Assembly (NCBI GenBank): GCA_964016885.1
Contig: OZ024745.1
Coordinates: forward strand, 12,028,001 to 12,092,000
Reading direction: 5' to 3'
Length of the DNA: 64,000 nucleotides
Origin: Eledone cirrhosa
Taxonomy: Eukaryota
In this document: positions 29,758-43,876 of the stretch, in pieces
Numbering within the stretch: position 1 is the stretch's first letter
Layout of the letters: every line of letters begins with the position of its first letter
The notes under the pieces: generated by a model
What the model was told of the DNA's origin: nothing
The model's database searches: none
The model's input: the letters and a program-made list of their open reading frames with translations, nothing else
Made by a program: the position numbers and the translations under genes

Positions 29758-30842
29758 CTTTTTTGTTCAAAATAATTAACTCTACGTTTAGAATTATTCC
29801 TCGAATTTCTTTCATTGACAAGAATTTGCCAAAGTATTTTCTTGAAACGTTCCCCATATCAGATGCTTTAAATACATATTATATTCCGATGACAATGGAA
29901 TGACAATATTTTAGAAAATCACACGATAGTATTTTATATTCTAACTTCTAGAAAAGAGATTCAGAATCATATTGTTTCACTATCCTGAAATATTTGTATT
30001 GATTAACATTCAATACCAAACATTATTGAGATGGCGACAGATGCCTCTCCTCTTTGTTCTTTATAAAGCTACATCAACTACTATTCATAATTTTAAATTC
30101 TTCCTTTCAAGATGACTTTTATCAAATTAATAAATAGAAAGATCATGTTAGGACTGTGACATTAAAGTTGAACATATCTCTACGAAATGTGTTCCTTTCA
30201 CCCAACCTACCAGCAGGCACTAATAATTTCGGAGAAAATTGATGGGGAAAAAAACAAATTTAATCAAATACAATAGTCAATGAGAACAATTTGTTTGAAT
30301 TTTTGCCGCCTGGCTAAGATGAATTTGTCGCAATCATTTTTATATTTGTATGTCGATGTGTCTTTATTTTATTTTAAATTTTAATATGGCAAATGTGATT
30401 CAGAAGAGATATCCCCAGAATTAATCAATTTCAATAAAATCGAATATTCATAGCTCGGTCAGTTTTGTAGAAAACAGACGTGCTTTTCTCCAACAATTTT
30501 CTTCGTTCAATTTCGTTCCTAATATTCATCAGCATGTTCCCATTTATTGTTCGTCTGCAACTTGTAATACTATTTTGAGCGGCATTTTAAGGCTAAAAAT
30601 CATGTTTTACTTCCTTCCTACTATTTATTTTCAATGTGTTCTAAAATTCCATAAAGATCTTTTGTTGTTTTTTTTTTGTTTTTTGTTTTGTTTTTAGATA
30701 AATTTTCCATTAATGTAAAAAGGACTTTTAAAAATGTTGATTTAACGATTTTGTATACCATATTGAATATATCATATATTGATAAAAGTATTTGTATGTA
30801 CGTATATATATTTCTATATATAGTTTTGCATACATACATACA

Positions 30843-30873
<31 letters not shown>

Positions 30874-31036
30874 GTTCATATATAAATAAACTTTTACGAC
30901 TGTTTATGTAAATGTATGTGTATATGTAGTGTATATTAAAATATTCATAAATTTATATATGTATATATGTAGGTGTGTATACATATAATTTCAACGTCAT
31001 TGATATACTTGAAGATGATACAATTCCTTTACATAA

Positions 31037-31113
<77 letters not shown>

Positions 31114-31223
31114 GGCGTGCATTAGTGAATTTCAAAACATAAATAAAAAGAAATCTTTGGATTTAAATTCTTGTCTAGTCTTGTAATTATATATGTACCA
31201 ATAATCAAAGTAACAACACATAG

Positions 31224-31336
<113 letters not shown>

Positions 31337-31663
31337 TGTGTGTGTGCGTGCGTGTGTGTGCGTGCGTGTGTGTGCGTGTACATGTGTGTATGTGTGTGCA
31401 TGTGTGTGTAAGTATTATACATTATTATTTTACTAGTTTTAGTATTTGGAGTGCAGTTATGACCTTACAGTGTCGCAAACCAATGTCTGTCAGCTACATA
31501 TTTTATTGACTGCTCAAGAATACCAATATTCCAGGGTGTTTTTTTTTCGATGCACCGATTCTCGTATCGCACATGATGTACAAAGATTCATATGCACATA
31601 CATATATTTGTGTGTATATATATATGTGTGTGTGTGTGTACATACACACACATATAGACAAAG

Positions 31664-31708
<45 letters not shown>

Positions 31709-31712
<4 letters not shown>

Positions 31713-31911
31713 AAAAAGTATGACCCCGACGGCAGAGCTCAAGCCGTTTCGACGGCTATTTCTGGACTCAATAGACTCCAGAAATAGCAGTCGAAACGGC
31801 TTGAGCTCTGCCGTCAGGGTCATACTTTTTCCTACTACCCACTCTACTACCCTAAGTATTGAGTACTCTGGTGCATTATGGTCCATCTGGTTCCTTACCA
31901 CATTTCCTTCG

Positions 31912-31913
<2 letters not shown>
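31709..31913. mobile_element. Fold-back element family I in (TA)n with 3' half-hammerhead
   Basis: Arms 31709-31766 and 31777-31834; gtc GAAA cggc-ttgagctct-gccg TC at 31793-31815. Confidence 0.85.
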
Positions 31914-31974
<61 letters not shown>

Positions 31975-32139
31975 CAATGAACTTATAATATTAAGGTCAT
32001 ATGAAGATATGTCACTATCTTTAAACCAAATATTGTATTTTATCTGACGAAAGCGTACCAAAATATTGGTACCCTTGAAATATGTATGATAAAATATATA
32101 TGGTTTTATAAAGATATTTTCCATTTATTAATATTATTG

Positions 32140-32187
<48 letters not shown>

Positions 32188-32189
<2 letters not shown>

Positions 32190-32405
32190 GGAACGAGTAG
32201 GACCCCGACGGCTGAGCTCAAGCCGTTTCGACGGCTAATTCTGAACTAAAAATGTTCAGAATTTTTAGTTCAGAATTAGCCGTCGAAACGGCTTGAGCTC
32301 AGCCGTCGGGGTCCTACTCGTTCCTATTACCCACTCTACTACCCTAAGTATTGAGTACTTTGGTGCGTTATGGTTCACCTGATTCCTTACCACATTTCCT
32401 TCGTT
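32188..32405. mobile_element. Fold-back element family I, second copy
   Basis: Same arms and 3' extension, different apex. Confidence 0.85.
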
Positions 32406-32496
32406 ATATATATATATATATATATATCGACAGTCGATCGACAAAATCCCAGACCTGATTCGCTTAACAAGTGGGGTAGAGCTGGTCCAATCGGAC

Positions 32497-32625
32497 CGAA
32501 GGCTGAAGGAGCAACGTGAAATAAAGTGTTTTGCTCAAGGACACAACGCATCGCCTGGGCCGGGAATCGAAATCACAACCTCACGATTGTGAATCCAATT
32601 CTTTGACCACTCAGCCATGCACCTT
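32497..32625 (-). mobile_element. tRNA-derived SINE family 2
   Basis: Minus strand gcatggctgagtggtc...gtttcgattcc...ccttgagcaaaacactttatttcacgttgctcc; same family as 33680-33822 and 49368-49610. Confidence 0.8.
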
Positions 32626-32653
32626 CAGTAAATATGTGTGTGGGCGTGTGAGA

Positions 32654-32762
32654 CCCGGGTTCAATCATGTGTAACCACAGTAAGTAAGGTACTCAATGCA
32701 TGATGATTTCCTTCGAATGAAACAGTTCTAGTCCTGCAGAAGCCATTCCTATATCAAACCTT

Positions 32763-32765
<3 letters not shown>
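32654..32765. mobile_element. Rearranged family C fragment with degenerate hammerhead
   Basis: gtaaccacagtaagtaaggtactcaat joined to tgatgatttccttcgaatgaaacagttctagtcctg in opposite orientation. Confidence 0.7.
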
Positions 32766-32845
<80 letters not shown>

Positions 32846-32878
32846 AAATAGGATTTCGCTTCAAGCATAGCTTTATAC

Positions 32879-33249
32879 AATATGTATAGAAATTTCGTAT
32901 TTCGGAAGAAGTCCGATTTTAGGAAGCCGTAGCTATGCGAACACCTTAACGCCCTCTGGTGTTGTCCAGCAGAAGTTGAGCCAACTTATGCAGCTTCATA
33001 TGCAAATGAGATTGATCACCTCATTTACACAGACGAGAAAACTATATATTCTCGGCTGTTTTCAAGTCCAGCAGTCGCAGAGCAGTAGGGGGGTGTCCTG
33101 ACGATGGCCAGTCAAGCCTGAAATGCATAGACGGTTGTCCCCATTGCTTCAGCTGGACAACACCAGAGGGGCTTAGGACCCCGGTGTTCGCATAGCTATG
33201 GCTTCCTAAAATCGTATTTCTTTCGAAATACGAAATTTCTGTACATATT
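32879..33249. mobile_element. Fold-back element family D
   Basis: Imperfect arms ~32879-32975 and ~33147-33249, near (TA)n(GA)n. Confidence 0.8.
33094..33133 (+). ncRNA. Minimal (40-nt) hammerhead ribozyme, family D
   Basis: tgtc CTGACGA tggc-cagtcaa-gcct GAAA tgca TA gacg: palindromic stem III ATGCAT. Confidence 0.75.
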
Positions 33250-33679
33250 TCACTACTCCCTGCTGCTATTCAGTGAATACTGTTGCAGAAACAATACAAT
33301 TCACGCATTCGTTTACCTGTATAATTTCCGGAAACTCTGTGAGCAAATAATGTCGGAGATTTGCTTTAATGTATAAGAAACGATCCATGACACGGCGAAA
33401 TTTCTGCACTGACCACAATACAAGCAATGGGTGAAACTGTGTTTATTTATAGATGGCTTCCGGCACAACACAATGTGATTTCTTCTTTCTACTCTGTCAC
33501 TGGTGAACTCTCTTACAAAGAATTAGAAACGAAACTTTACTGTGCAATCATGTCAACCAAGAAAGTCGTTGCCGAGGGAGGTTATTACAGACATTTTACA
33601 TTTATGTAGGCGGCGAATTGGCAGAGTCTTTAGAACATCAGAGTAATGTGTGGTCAGATCTAGATTTAATAGGGACAAA

Positions 33680-33822
33680 GGAGGCAAAGGCTTAGTGGTT
33701 AGAGCATTGAGCTTGCAATCGAAAGGTTGTAAGTTCAATTCTCGGACCCGGTGATGTGTTGTTTCCTTGAGCAAGATACTTTATTTCACGTTGCTTCAGT
33801 TTACTCAGCTGTAGAAATGAGA
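33680..33822 (+). mobile_element. tRNA-derived SINE family 2
   Basis: A box ggcttagtgg, B box gttcaattc, core ccttgagcaagatactttatttcacgttgc..actcagctg..aaatgag. Confidence 0.8.
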
Positions 33823-34659
33823 TGATAGGACTGGGGTCCCTATCATTAAATCACCCAAGACACCTCCAACGAGATATACCTTGGAGGAGGCCAGCTAAAC
33901 CTGCATAGGTGTGAGCTGTAACAGCAGCAGCAGCAGTAAATGGGGCAATTTCCCGGGTCCACAGCGACGACCGTAGTAATTCATTTGTGCCCTCTGCTAG
34001 GCTTTTTAGTTTTATCCCTTTGACAACAGGAACTATATTTTTAACAAAAGGTATTTAATGTCCTTACTGTGGAAAAATTCTTCAAATTTCCTTAACTTTA
34101 GAAACACCAGATTGTTGTCAGAACAATATTCTAATAGAAAGCAGTGAGACACTAAAAGTGAGAGAACGGAGGCTACGGTGTTTGGCAATCGGATGGAGAC
34201 TATACGGAATTTAATGGAACGCTTTAGTCTGGCCGATCATGTGACTCCCTCTTTAGTTCTAGTGTCATGATAAAATTCACTCAGTACATCCTGTAAATTG
34301 TTAGTGTTGGTGCTTTGATAGAATATACCTAGATAATTGTGTAAAGTGGTTGTACTGGTATCGTAAAAACAATGCAGCCAGTAAACACGAAGGACATCCA
34401 GCCATAGAAACCGTGCTAAATATGTGATGTGACAACCTGTCCAACCCATACCAGTGTGGAAAGTGGATGTAAAATGAGGATGGTTACAATTTTTTAATTT
34501 AATACCTGTATGTACAACTTTTCAATTCCAATTACTTGTGCCAAGCTAACTTTTATAAGTAAAATTTGGGAGGTTTGTAGTGTATTCTAATTTTTTCTGA
34601 GCCCCCCACCCCGCTAAAACCTAGTGTCCTGAGCCCCCCTAGAACTAAATCCGGCCTTA

Positions 34660-34900
34660 TTTGGAGTATTCGTTCCGACTCTCTGTACTCTCTGTTCAAA
34701 TCCCACTGACATCAACTTCACCTTTCATCCTTTCGCGGTCGAGAAAAAAGGGGCAATCTAGTACTAGAGTCGATTCTTTTTCTATATCTCTTTCTCTCAC
34801 TTTCTCTCACTTTTATCCTTCGCAGGAAGAAATCTGCTGTGTTCAGACTTGGAGTGGGGTGGTTTCCGCCAGACTTTAAATGCCCAAGAAACGCTTGTCA
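34660..34900 (+). mobile_element. SINE family 1 variant with extended tail
   Basis: gttcaaatccc, cctttcatcctttcgcggtcga, then gaagaaatctgctgtgttcagacttggagtggg. Confidence 0.6.
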
Positions 34901-35089
34901 ATACAACGCCCCTACGACTCCGTTAGGAGTTACGGGACTTTACCATACCTATATTACCAGCTAATTTGATTCCAGTACAGTAGCTCGAAACAGGAATTTA
35001 ATAATGAGGAGGCAAGTTTTCTCATACCATATATGATCTCAAAAACAAGGCCAAGTGGTTGTATAGTTGGTTGCAAGTGGTTGTATAGC

Positions 35090-36270
35090 AAGCTGTTGTA
35101 TAGTGTAGCAGAAAAAACGCCTCCTCCTTGATGCTAAACTCCGCCAGTTGCAGACTGCGCATCAACATGAGATATTTTTCTACACAAAGTTAGATCACCA
35201 ACAGCAGAGTTTAAAGAGCAAAGATCAAGTCCAGTCCATAAGTTGACATTATCAAGCCATCGTTTTGGCTGTCGGCCTCTGCTTCTCTTACTAGCCAATC
35301 TTCCTTCCAAGCATAACCTACTCACACCACGAGTTGATCTTTTTATATGACTTATAGTTTGAGGACTCTTGACTTGACAATAGATGTAATTGGTCTAAGT
35401 CTGGTAATGTTGAGCAGCTCACTGATACAGATACGGTCACTGAGCCACTTGCCAGTCATAAGTCTCATGATGTGGTTCTGGAATGTAGAGAGCTTCTGAA
35501 GTGACCTTGTCATCCAATTAACACAGTCAAGACCATATAACACAACTGGTAGGATGTAAGTATCAAAGATCTTAGCCTTCAAATAATAGGAAACTCGTTT
35601 TGATGTTAGTACTTCCTTGTTCCTGTTGAAAGCTGCCCAACCTAGAGCGATGTGATACCACACAGCGACCATTCCGTTGTTGTTTGATGATAGTTTGTGA
35701 CCGAGATATACAAACTCTGTAACTTGAGCAATTTGCTGGTTGTAGATTGTGAGTTGGAGACTGGCATTGTTCTTATCAGTTGTCATACATTTTGTTTTGG
35801 AGATGTTGATGTGTAAGTCAGCCTCCAGCGAATGTTTGGCCAGTACATTCAGAAAGTCTTGCAGATTGGTTCTAGAGTAACTCATGATAGCCAGATCGTT
35901 TGCATGACTAAGATTTTATAAGATTTTACCTCCTATTTGATAGCCAGAGGAGCATTCTTCTACAGTTTGGTAGATACGTGCAGCTATAACTATACAGAAG
36001 AGAAATGCTGATAGTACATCCCCCTGCTTAACTCCCTTCAAGATGTCTATACAGCGTGTAGTTCCCAAATCTGTTTTGATATATGCTGTTGAGTTGGTGT
36101 AAGTTTCTTTCTGTAGGTTGATGTATTTTTTGTTAATTGAGGTCTTGTTTAAGAGTTGCCACAAGCTGGGTAGTTTCAAGTTGTCAAAAGCTTTTATGAA
36201 GTCAAAGAAGATGATGTGCACAGGGTTGTTGAATTCTATACTTATTAAGATGTGCTGAAAACTCAATGAT
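35090..36270 (-). pseudogene. 5'-truncated RTE-clade LINE reverse transcriptase, disrupted
   Basis: FFDFIKAFD, KGVKQGDVLSAFLF, degenerate catalytic motif HANDLAI, KTKCM, EFVYLG, RSRGRQPKRWLDNV; stops and frameshifts. Confidence 0.88.
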
Positions 36271-36736
36271 CACAATTATATAAATATGTCAGGTATTACA
36301 ACAAAAGAGATATGTCTGCGCTACACTGATAGGTGGTATATGTGTGTAACTCCTTGGAATACAGTTTTTGAAAAGACACTGCATTAAATTATACTGGAAA
36401 GTCAACAACTTCTAGAAATCCCAATACTTCTGTTTCAAATAAACGAAACAAGATTTGGTGATACAGTTTGGGCTTGAAAAATAATACCGTGTGGTAGCCA
36501 TAAAACCAAGCATTTGTGAAGTGAGTCACAATGTTAGATGTTCACTGTTCATGGGTAGGAGCAATGTTGTAGAAGTTTTTCTTTCATTCATATATATATG
36601 TATATATATATATAATATGTGTGTGCATATGTAAACAAACAGGTGTTTCTATCGATTTGTCTAACTTTCAAGTGAATTTCCTATATTCCATCAATTAATC
36701 GACATATAAGAGCTCAAAGTGAATATCTGTTTCATC

Positions 36737-37939
36737 TCTCTCATATAAATGCACTAGTCTGGCCATGAGACGGGGGTTGTCTATTGCTTGATGGCCAGAC
36801 TAGTGCATTTATATGAGAGATTGGATCTCCGGACCATACCGAAGATTTACTGGAGATGCAGGCATGCAATGACCCGGAGCCTACCGGGTGGCATATATAA
36901 TAGTGGGACCATACCAGGTCCTACTGTTATATTACATTTGCATGGAGCAGTGACTTGAGAGTCTGACTCCTCTTATAGAACGTTCAGATATGACACCCCT
37001 TAATTAATGGATGGTAATCATCCTAATATATACACCCTGTACTTCTTAATGGACAACTCTCTAACCTATAAATGGGTAACATACTCTAGATATTAGTTAT
37101 AACTTCACATGATAGGCACGTATTTGAATCACCATTAATGTTGTTTAGCATAGTAATGTAACTAAGATAACTAGCTAGTTACCTCCCCTTACGCATTAAT
37201 TCCCCTTAGTCATTCAGGCACTTCCGGAATCTGGACAGCATGATATATTAATTAAGAACCGACTGGATACGGTTTATAGCTTGACTATATGCTGAACCAC
37301 CGCGAATTATACGATAGACGCGTGTTCTCTATATATATATTGCGTCTCATGGATTATGTGAGTGGTGGTGTGAGCAAGAACAGTGGTACGGCCTTGCCTA
37401 TGATACAATAAGGTTTATAGTATGTTGAAGGTTTTTGATATGTTGGTGTTTCCCCGCATCCGAGACTGTATATCATACAGATGTATGAGAATAAATGACT
37501 TAATAATTCAGCCTACATAATAAGATCGATTGCCTGCTTCAACTGCCTGACCCTGCAAATATCATTCTGACGCACTCTAATCATGTATAAATAAGACACG
37601 CGTGCATGCTACACGGGAGATTGTTTCATACACTGACTACTCTAAGCTTTCCTCTTGCTTTATCTTCATAGACTGCCAACGCTTCATGTTTATCTTTATT
37701 TTCACTCTTGTTTTTATTTTATTTTTATCCTGTAACCTTTATATGTAAATTGCCATGCTATATCATTTGATGAATGTCACCCCACTGTTGATCAATATGC
37801 GCATATGTTTTATGTGTCTCTTGGGTTGAAAAGGAGGTCAAGTATGTTATAAATAGTTGCTCCGAAGAATCCAAACCTCGGTTTGGAGGAAACAATTGTA
37901 AGCAAATAAATGACTTAAACTGAACTTTGATTACTGTAA

Positions 37940-37942
<3 letters not shown>
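36737..37942 (+). mobile_element. ~1.2-kb non-coding Penelope-like element (family E) with 5' hairpin and 3' hammerhead, ending at (TA)n
   Basis: 30-bp perfect inverted repeat 36737-36766/36791-36820 at the start; hammerhead plus AATAAA ~35 nt before (TA)n; continuity of the interior is inferred. Confidence 0.55.
37857..37905 (+). ncRNA. Hammerhead ribozyme variant (CCGAAGA core), family E
   Basis: ttgct CCGAAGA atccaaacc-tc-ggtttggag GAAA caattg TA agcaa: palindromic stem III ACAATTGT, GUA site, overlapping AATAAA. Confidence 0.8.
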
Positions 37943-37990
<48 letters not shown>

Positions 37991-38057
37991 TACACATATC
38001 GAAAGTTCTTTGCTTTTTCGAATTTAAGCTCTTCCTATTTCAAATCTCCATCTTTAA

Positions 38058-38186
<129 letters not shown>

Positions 38187-38441
38187 TGGCTGTCTGTCTG
38201 TCTCTGTGTGTGTGCATGCGTGTGTATGTATGCATGTATGTGTGTATAGAAATGAAGAGTTGAGAAGATGAGACAGCGTTAGTCATCTCTAACAGTTTCG
38301 CGTTTCTGGTCTTCGACTGCCTTCATTTCTTCGTGTCTCAATTTCAACTCATATCATCCACTACAGCCCCCCACACACACACACACCACACACACACCAC
38401 ACACACACCACACACACACCACACACCCTATACACACACAA

Positions 38442-38470
<29 letters not shown>

Positions 38471-38472
<2 letters not shown>

Positions 38473-38780
38473 GTTATGTAATAAACAACATAAGATAATT
38501 ATTTCATTTACCAGTGGTTTCTTGAAAGCAAACAAAATTTGCTTTCAGTCATCAGAATGAACAAATCCTGGTGTATTTATTGACAGTGGATTTTAAAAGT
38601 CCACTGTCAATAAATATGCCAGGATTTTTTCATTCTGATGACTGAAGCAAATTTTGTTTGCTTTCAAGAAACCACTGGTAAATGAAATAATTATTTTATG
38701 TTGTTTATTACATAACTAATAAGCTTTGTAACCTACATAGAGCACTCTTTTTTCCTGGACCTTTCCGACGGAATTACTTC

Positions 38781-38785
<5 letters not shown>
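38471..38785. mobile_element. Fold-back element family B, second copy, hammerheads at 38628-38687 (+) and 38503-38561 (-)
   Basis: tttcatt CTGATGA ctgaagcaaa..tttgctttcaa GAAA ccactgg TA aatgaaa; flanked by (TA)n. Confidence 0.88.
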
Positions 38786-38859
<74 letters not shown>

Positions 38860-38991
38860 TATTCCAAATAATAATTCAAACTAAACTGTCAGTCATACCA
38901 TATATTTTATTAAACTACAAGTTACAAAACACACAATATCCTCATAGAAAAACAAGGCCCACCGCAAACAAATTTTTCTATTAAAACCATA

Positions 38992-39126
<135 letters not shown>

Positions 39127-39157
39127 ATATACACACACACACAAACATGCACACATA

Positions 39158-39517
39158 TACATGGTGGCTGCCAACTCGTTTTCGAGTACGGCCACTACTT
39201 TATATCCATGTAGGAGTACCCATAGCGATGCGCTGAACAAGTGTGACTTTTTAGTCCAGCCAGCGACACTTGTGACAATTATTGACACACAATGCTGGGC
39301 CCATGGTACCATGTGACGACAAGTGCAGAGAGATCTCCAGATATAAAGCAATGCCTGTGCCGTGAAGCTTTTATAGTGAGCAAAGGCACTGCACAAAGCC
39401 AGTCCCACTCTCTTAACCAATATGATATTTACCAAAAAGAAGAACAAGTCAACATCATTGGATACCATCAGGGTTGCAGGTGTTATATCAGAGTTTTCCT
39501 TCTCCTAGAATTCTGCC
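39158..39517 (-). mobile_element. 5'-truncated copy of the RTE-related element at 4225-4808
   Basis: Near-identical to 4223-4607 except for a ~26-bp indel. Confidence 0.85.
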
Positions 39518-39839
39518 TATATATATATATGTGTTTCTATGCATACATGCATAGACACATACATACACACAGATATATACATACATACATAGATACATAT
39601 GAAATAAAAGGAAGAGCCATGAGGTGAAAAGGGAGGAGAAATGTCCAAGCTACGATCTAAATTGACCAAGTGACCCATTTAAAGAGGGAGACACACGTGA
39701 AATAGAAATGGGGCGTGGAAGGGCGGGAAGAGTGAAGGTGAAAGGGAAACCATTGAGTAAATGTTTTCTAAACTATGATAATATCAAAAGTGAAAATAGT
39801 TTTGTTTATGCAGGCATAGATTAGAGATAAGAATATAAC

Positions 39840-40320
39840 CTACTGCTACCACAACCATAACAGCAATAACAGCAATAACAACAATAACAGCAATAACAGC
39901 AATAACAGCAATAGCAACCACAACAACCATAACAGCCATGACAGCCATAACAGCAATAACAACCATAACAGCAATAACAGCAACAGCAACAACAGCAGCA
40001 GTTATAAAAACAACAGCAACAATAATATCAACAACAACAACAATAATAATAATAATAATATGAACAATAACAACAACAACAATAACAACAACAGCAACAA
40101 CAACAGCAGCTATTATAAAAACAACAGCAACAATAATAATATGAACAATAACAACAATAATATCAACAACAGCAACAATAATAATAATAATATCAACAAT
40201 AACAACAATATCAACGATAACAACAACAATTATGACAACTGCAACAATAACAACAACTCCAATAATAACAACAGAAACAGCAACAACAATATCAGCGATA
40301 ACAACAACAACAGTAGTAAC
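39840..40320. repeat. Degenerate (AAC/AAT/AGC)n trinucleotide array
   Basis: Direct inspection. Confidence 0.9.
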
Positions 40321-40421
40321 TGTGGTAAGATGATATAACGGAAAGTTTCCGTTCTCCTCAGATAAAAAAAATAGTTATCGATCTGTTTTATTTCATATAT
40401 ATACATACATATAATACATAC

Positions 40422-40535
<114 letters not shown>

Positions 40536-41198
40536 GTGTGTGTCTGTGTATACAATTACTCACACATACATATAGACATGTACAGACATAAGCACACACA
40601 TCAACAGAGAAGAAATTAGAGCAGACAATTGGAAAAGATAGCTTTCTCTGTGTATGTATATATGTATATATATATATATAAATATATGTATATATTTATA
40701 TGCTTTGTATCTGTGCATGTGTATATGCAGTTATTAGATACAGAATTTTGGAATGTTTTACATATTTTTACTGTTCCATTAATGGATTGTACATATGTAT
40801 GTATGTATGTATGCATGCCTATATATTTTGCGTTATATATGTACACGAGTATATGTTTCTGTATCTATACGTGTGTATGTGCAGTTATTACTTGTAATTT
40901 CCTAACTAGTGTTCTTTCTGTTCTTGTGAAGCCCAGCTTCTCAAGATTTGTACTGAGGCAGTTACTAACATACCCCAGTGCCCCAATAATCACAGGTATA
41001 AATCTGAAGGTATAATCAGGGTGGAGTATCTGCAGATTTCTCATTAGTTCTGCATAGATATTCTCCTTTTCGCTAATGTTTAATATTATATTAAATATAT
41101 GTATGTGTCGGTTTGGTGCCTGTGTGCGGGGTTATCCAATCGGAACTGAGAGACCTTTAGTTGTGGTTAGGACCTCATTCTAGGAGATGGATACCCCC

Positions 41199-41201
<3 letters not shown>

Positions 41202-41231
<30 letters not shown>

Positions 41232-41291
41232 AAGAAGAAGAAGAAGAAGAAGAAGAAGAAGAAGAAGAAGAAGAAGAAGAAGAAGAAGAAG
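41202..41291. repeat. (AAG)30 microsatellite
   Basis: Direct inspection. Confidence 0.97.
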
Positions 41292-41313
41292 CTATTATTA
41301 ATACTACTATTAG

Positions 41314-41462
41314 TGGGGTGGATTGGTAGTATCAGTAGAGCGTCGGACACCAAGCTTTGCAGCATAGAGTTATGTCCTTTTATGTGATTTGTTCAAATCC
41401 CACCGAGGTTAGCTTTGCCTTTCATCCTTAAGGGGTCGGTAAATAAAGAACCAGTAATACAT
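41314..41462 (+). mobile_element. SINE family 1, 3'-truncated
   Basis: Head, B box gttcaaatcc and core present. Confidence 0.85.
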
Positions 41463-41576
41463 TATTATTACTACTATTAATAATAGCCATAATGTTTTCT
41501 TATATTAGCAATAGTGTGTTAGCTGAGTGAAGGAAGATCTGTTACGGAGCCCTTTTTTAAAGAGTAGAAGGTAATA

Positions 41577-42121
41577 TGTGTATAAGAACTGATTGAAAGG
41601 TGATTTGTGTATAAGAACTGAATGAAAGGTGATTTGTGTATAAGAACTGAATGAAAGGTGATTTGTGTATAAGAACTGAATGAAAGGTGATTTGTGTATA
41701 AGAACTGATTGAAAGGTGATTTGTGTATAAGAACTGAATGAAAGGTGATTTGTGTATAAGAACTGAATGAAAGGTGATTTGTGTATAAGAACTGATTGAA
41801 AGGTGACTTGTGTATAAGAACTGAATGAAAGGTGATTTGTGTATAAGAACTGAATGAAAGGTGATTTGTGTATAAGAACTGAATGAAAGGTGATTTGTGT
41901 ATAAGAACTGATTGAAAGGTGATTTGTGTATAAGAACTGAATGAAAGGTGATTTGTGTATAAGAACTGAATGAAAGGTGATTTGTGTATAAGAACTGAAT
42001 GAAAGGTGATTTGTGTATAAGAACTGAATGAAAGGTAATTTGTGTATAAGAACTGGTTGAAAAGTGATTTGTGTATAAGAACTGATTGAAAGGTGATTTG
42101 TGTATAAGAACTGATTGAAAG
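41577..42121. repeat. 29-bp minisatellite tgtgtataagaactga(a/t)tgaaaggtgatt, ~19 copies
   Basis: Direct tandem array. Confidence 0.97.
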
Positions 42122-43066
42122 AATAAAGAATAATTAGGCAAAAGACAGAGGTAGTTAAAGAGTAATATAAGAGTTGGAATTAGGCAAGAGGGAATCATGG
42201 AAATGACTTCAAGGAAAGCAACGTAGATGCTGAGAATGGTGCTTTGATCTGTACAAGACTGAAACAAGATTTACAAACAGATTTACCTCATGTTCCACGA
42301 TGACAAAACAACTGAAATGCTAATGTTCAAGTTGTATAATTAAAAAGACGAGAGGAATTTCTAATATACTGACTGTAAAAGCTGACCAGAAGTTTGTACA
42401 AATGGCGTCATTGCTAAAATTATTTTCTGGGAAATTAACGGAGCCGACCAGTCGAAGAGAAAGCGGAGAAAAAATGTGGTTTGGACAAAACACAGAAAGT
42501 GTTATATATGAAGAGAATATTGAGTTCTTGAGGGATTTAACATTCAATTTGATCATATATAACACAGACGTATCGATTTTACAATGATAATGCTAATAAT
42601 GGAAATGACAACGAGGAGATGGTGGTGTGGGTGGGGCTAGGAAAGGATGATGAGATGGTGGAGGGTGAGGAAGGGAGAGAGGGAGAAAAAAGGAAAGAAA
42701 GTAAGAAGAGTGATATAGGATTATAGAGTGTGAAACTAATAGAAGAGAAAAGATATGTGAAATAAATGAATTTAAAATTGAATTAAACAAATTGATTCAA
42801 AATAAAAATTATAGAAAAAAAAGTAGAAATGATTCCAATTGAGAAGATTTGCAAAAATATCTAAGAATTTGAAAAATTCAATAAAAAATAAAATTTTATA
42901 CAAATTTGGAAAACATTTCAAAGTGAGAATATTGAACGCTGGAGAGTATGAGACTTTGCTTACTCAGAGAAAACTCTCAAAACTAGTTTCACTCAACAGA
43001 CTGCAACCATGGAGGAGCACCACATCAAGTTGATCATATTAAACAGAGTAATTATTTTATCGATAT

Positions 43067-43246
43067 TGGACTGGCAGTATCAGTAGAGCGTCAGACGCCA
43101 TGCTTTGCAGCATAGAATTACGGCCCTTTACGTTCTGAGTTCAAATCCCGCCGATGTTAACTTTGCCTTTCATCCTTACAAGGTCGATAAAATAAAGTAC
43201 CAGTAATGCACTAGGGTAATTGTTGGCCTTGTGCCAATAGTAGAAA
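43067..43246 (+). mobile_element. SINE family 1 with 18-bp TSD
   Basis: TSD taattattttatcgatat at 43049-43066 and 43247-43264. Confidence 0.95.
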
Positions 43247-43409
43247 TAATTATTTTATCGATATGGTTTTGTAGAACAGCAAAATTGCGGGATGTACACA
43301 TACACAAACCTAAACATAGATGCGGACACACACACATACATACACATACACACACACATATATATACACACACACACACACAAATTTATATATATGTATA
43401 CATATATAT

Positions 43410-43472
<63 letters not shown>

Positions 43473-43474
<2 letters not shown>

Positions 43475-43858
43475 AATGTAATCTGAGTTTTTCGAATATT
43501 AATAATAACATTCGATTCGTTTGCAATTATGCAAACAAGCCTCAATTTTATAGCCATGTCAGTAGAATGAACTCTTCATTCTTGCTCTTGTGTTGGCATG
43601 CGAACAGAACTGCAGACTAACTTTCTCTGACAGTTTGGCAGGTGAACAGTGAGCTGTACTGATGTACGTATTAGTGTCTGCAGTTCTGTTCGCATGCCAA
43701 CACAAGAGCAAGAATGAAGGGTTCATTCTACTGACATGGCTATAAAATTGAGGCTTGTTTGCATAATTGCAAACGAATCGAATGTTATTATTAATATTCG
43801 AAAAACTCAGATTACATTTATTGTATTCAGCCATGTAGAGTGAAATTTTCTTTTTTTC
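43473..43858. mobile_element. Fold-back element in (TA)n with multi-hairpin arm, no hammerhead core
   Basis: Arms 43473-43617 and 43676-43820. Confidence 0.85.
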
Positions 43859-43876
43859 ATATATATATATATATAT

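Noticed and set aside
41557-42267. 236-aa repetitive ORF
   Set aside because: 29-bp tandem repeat read through rotating frames
42402-43033. Two short non-repetitive ORFs (61 and 64 aa)
   Set aside because: No recognisable motifs or convincing splice boundaries; lengths compatible with chance
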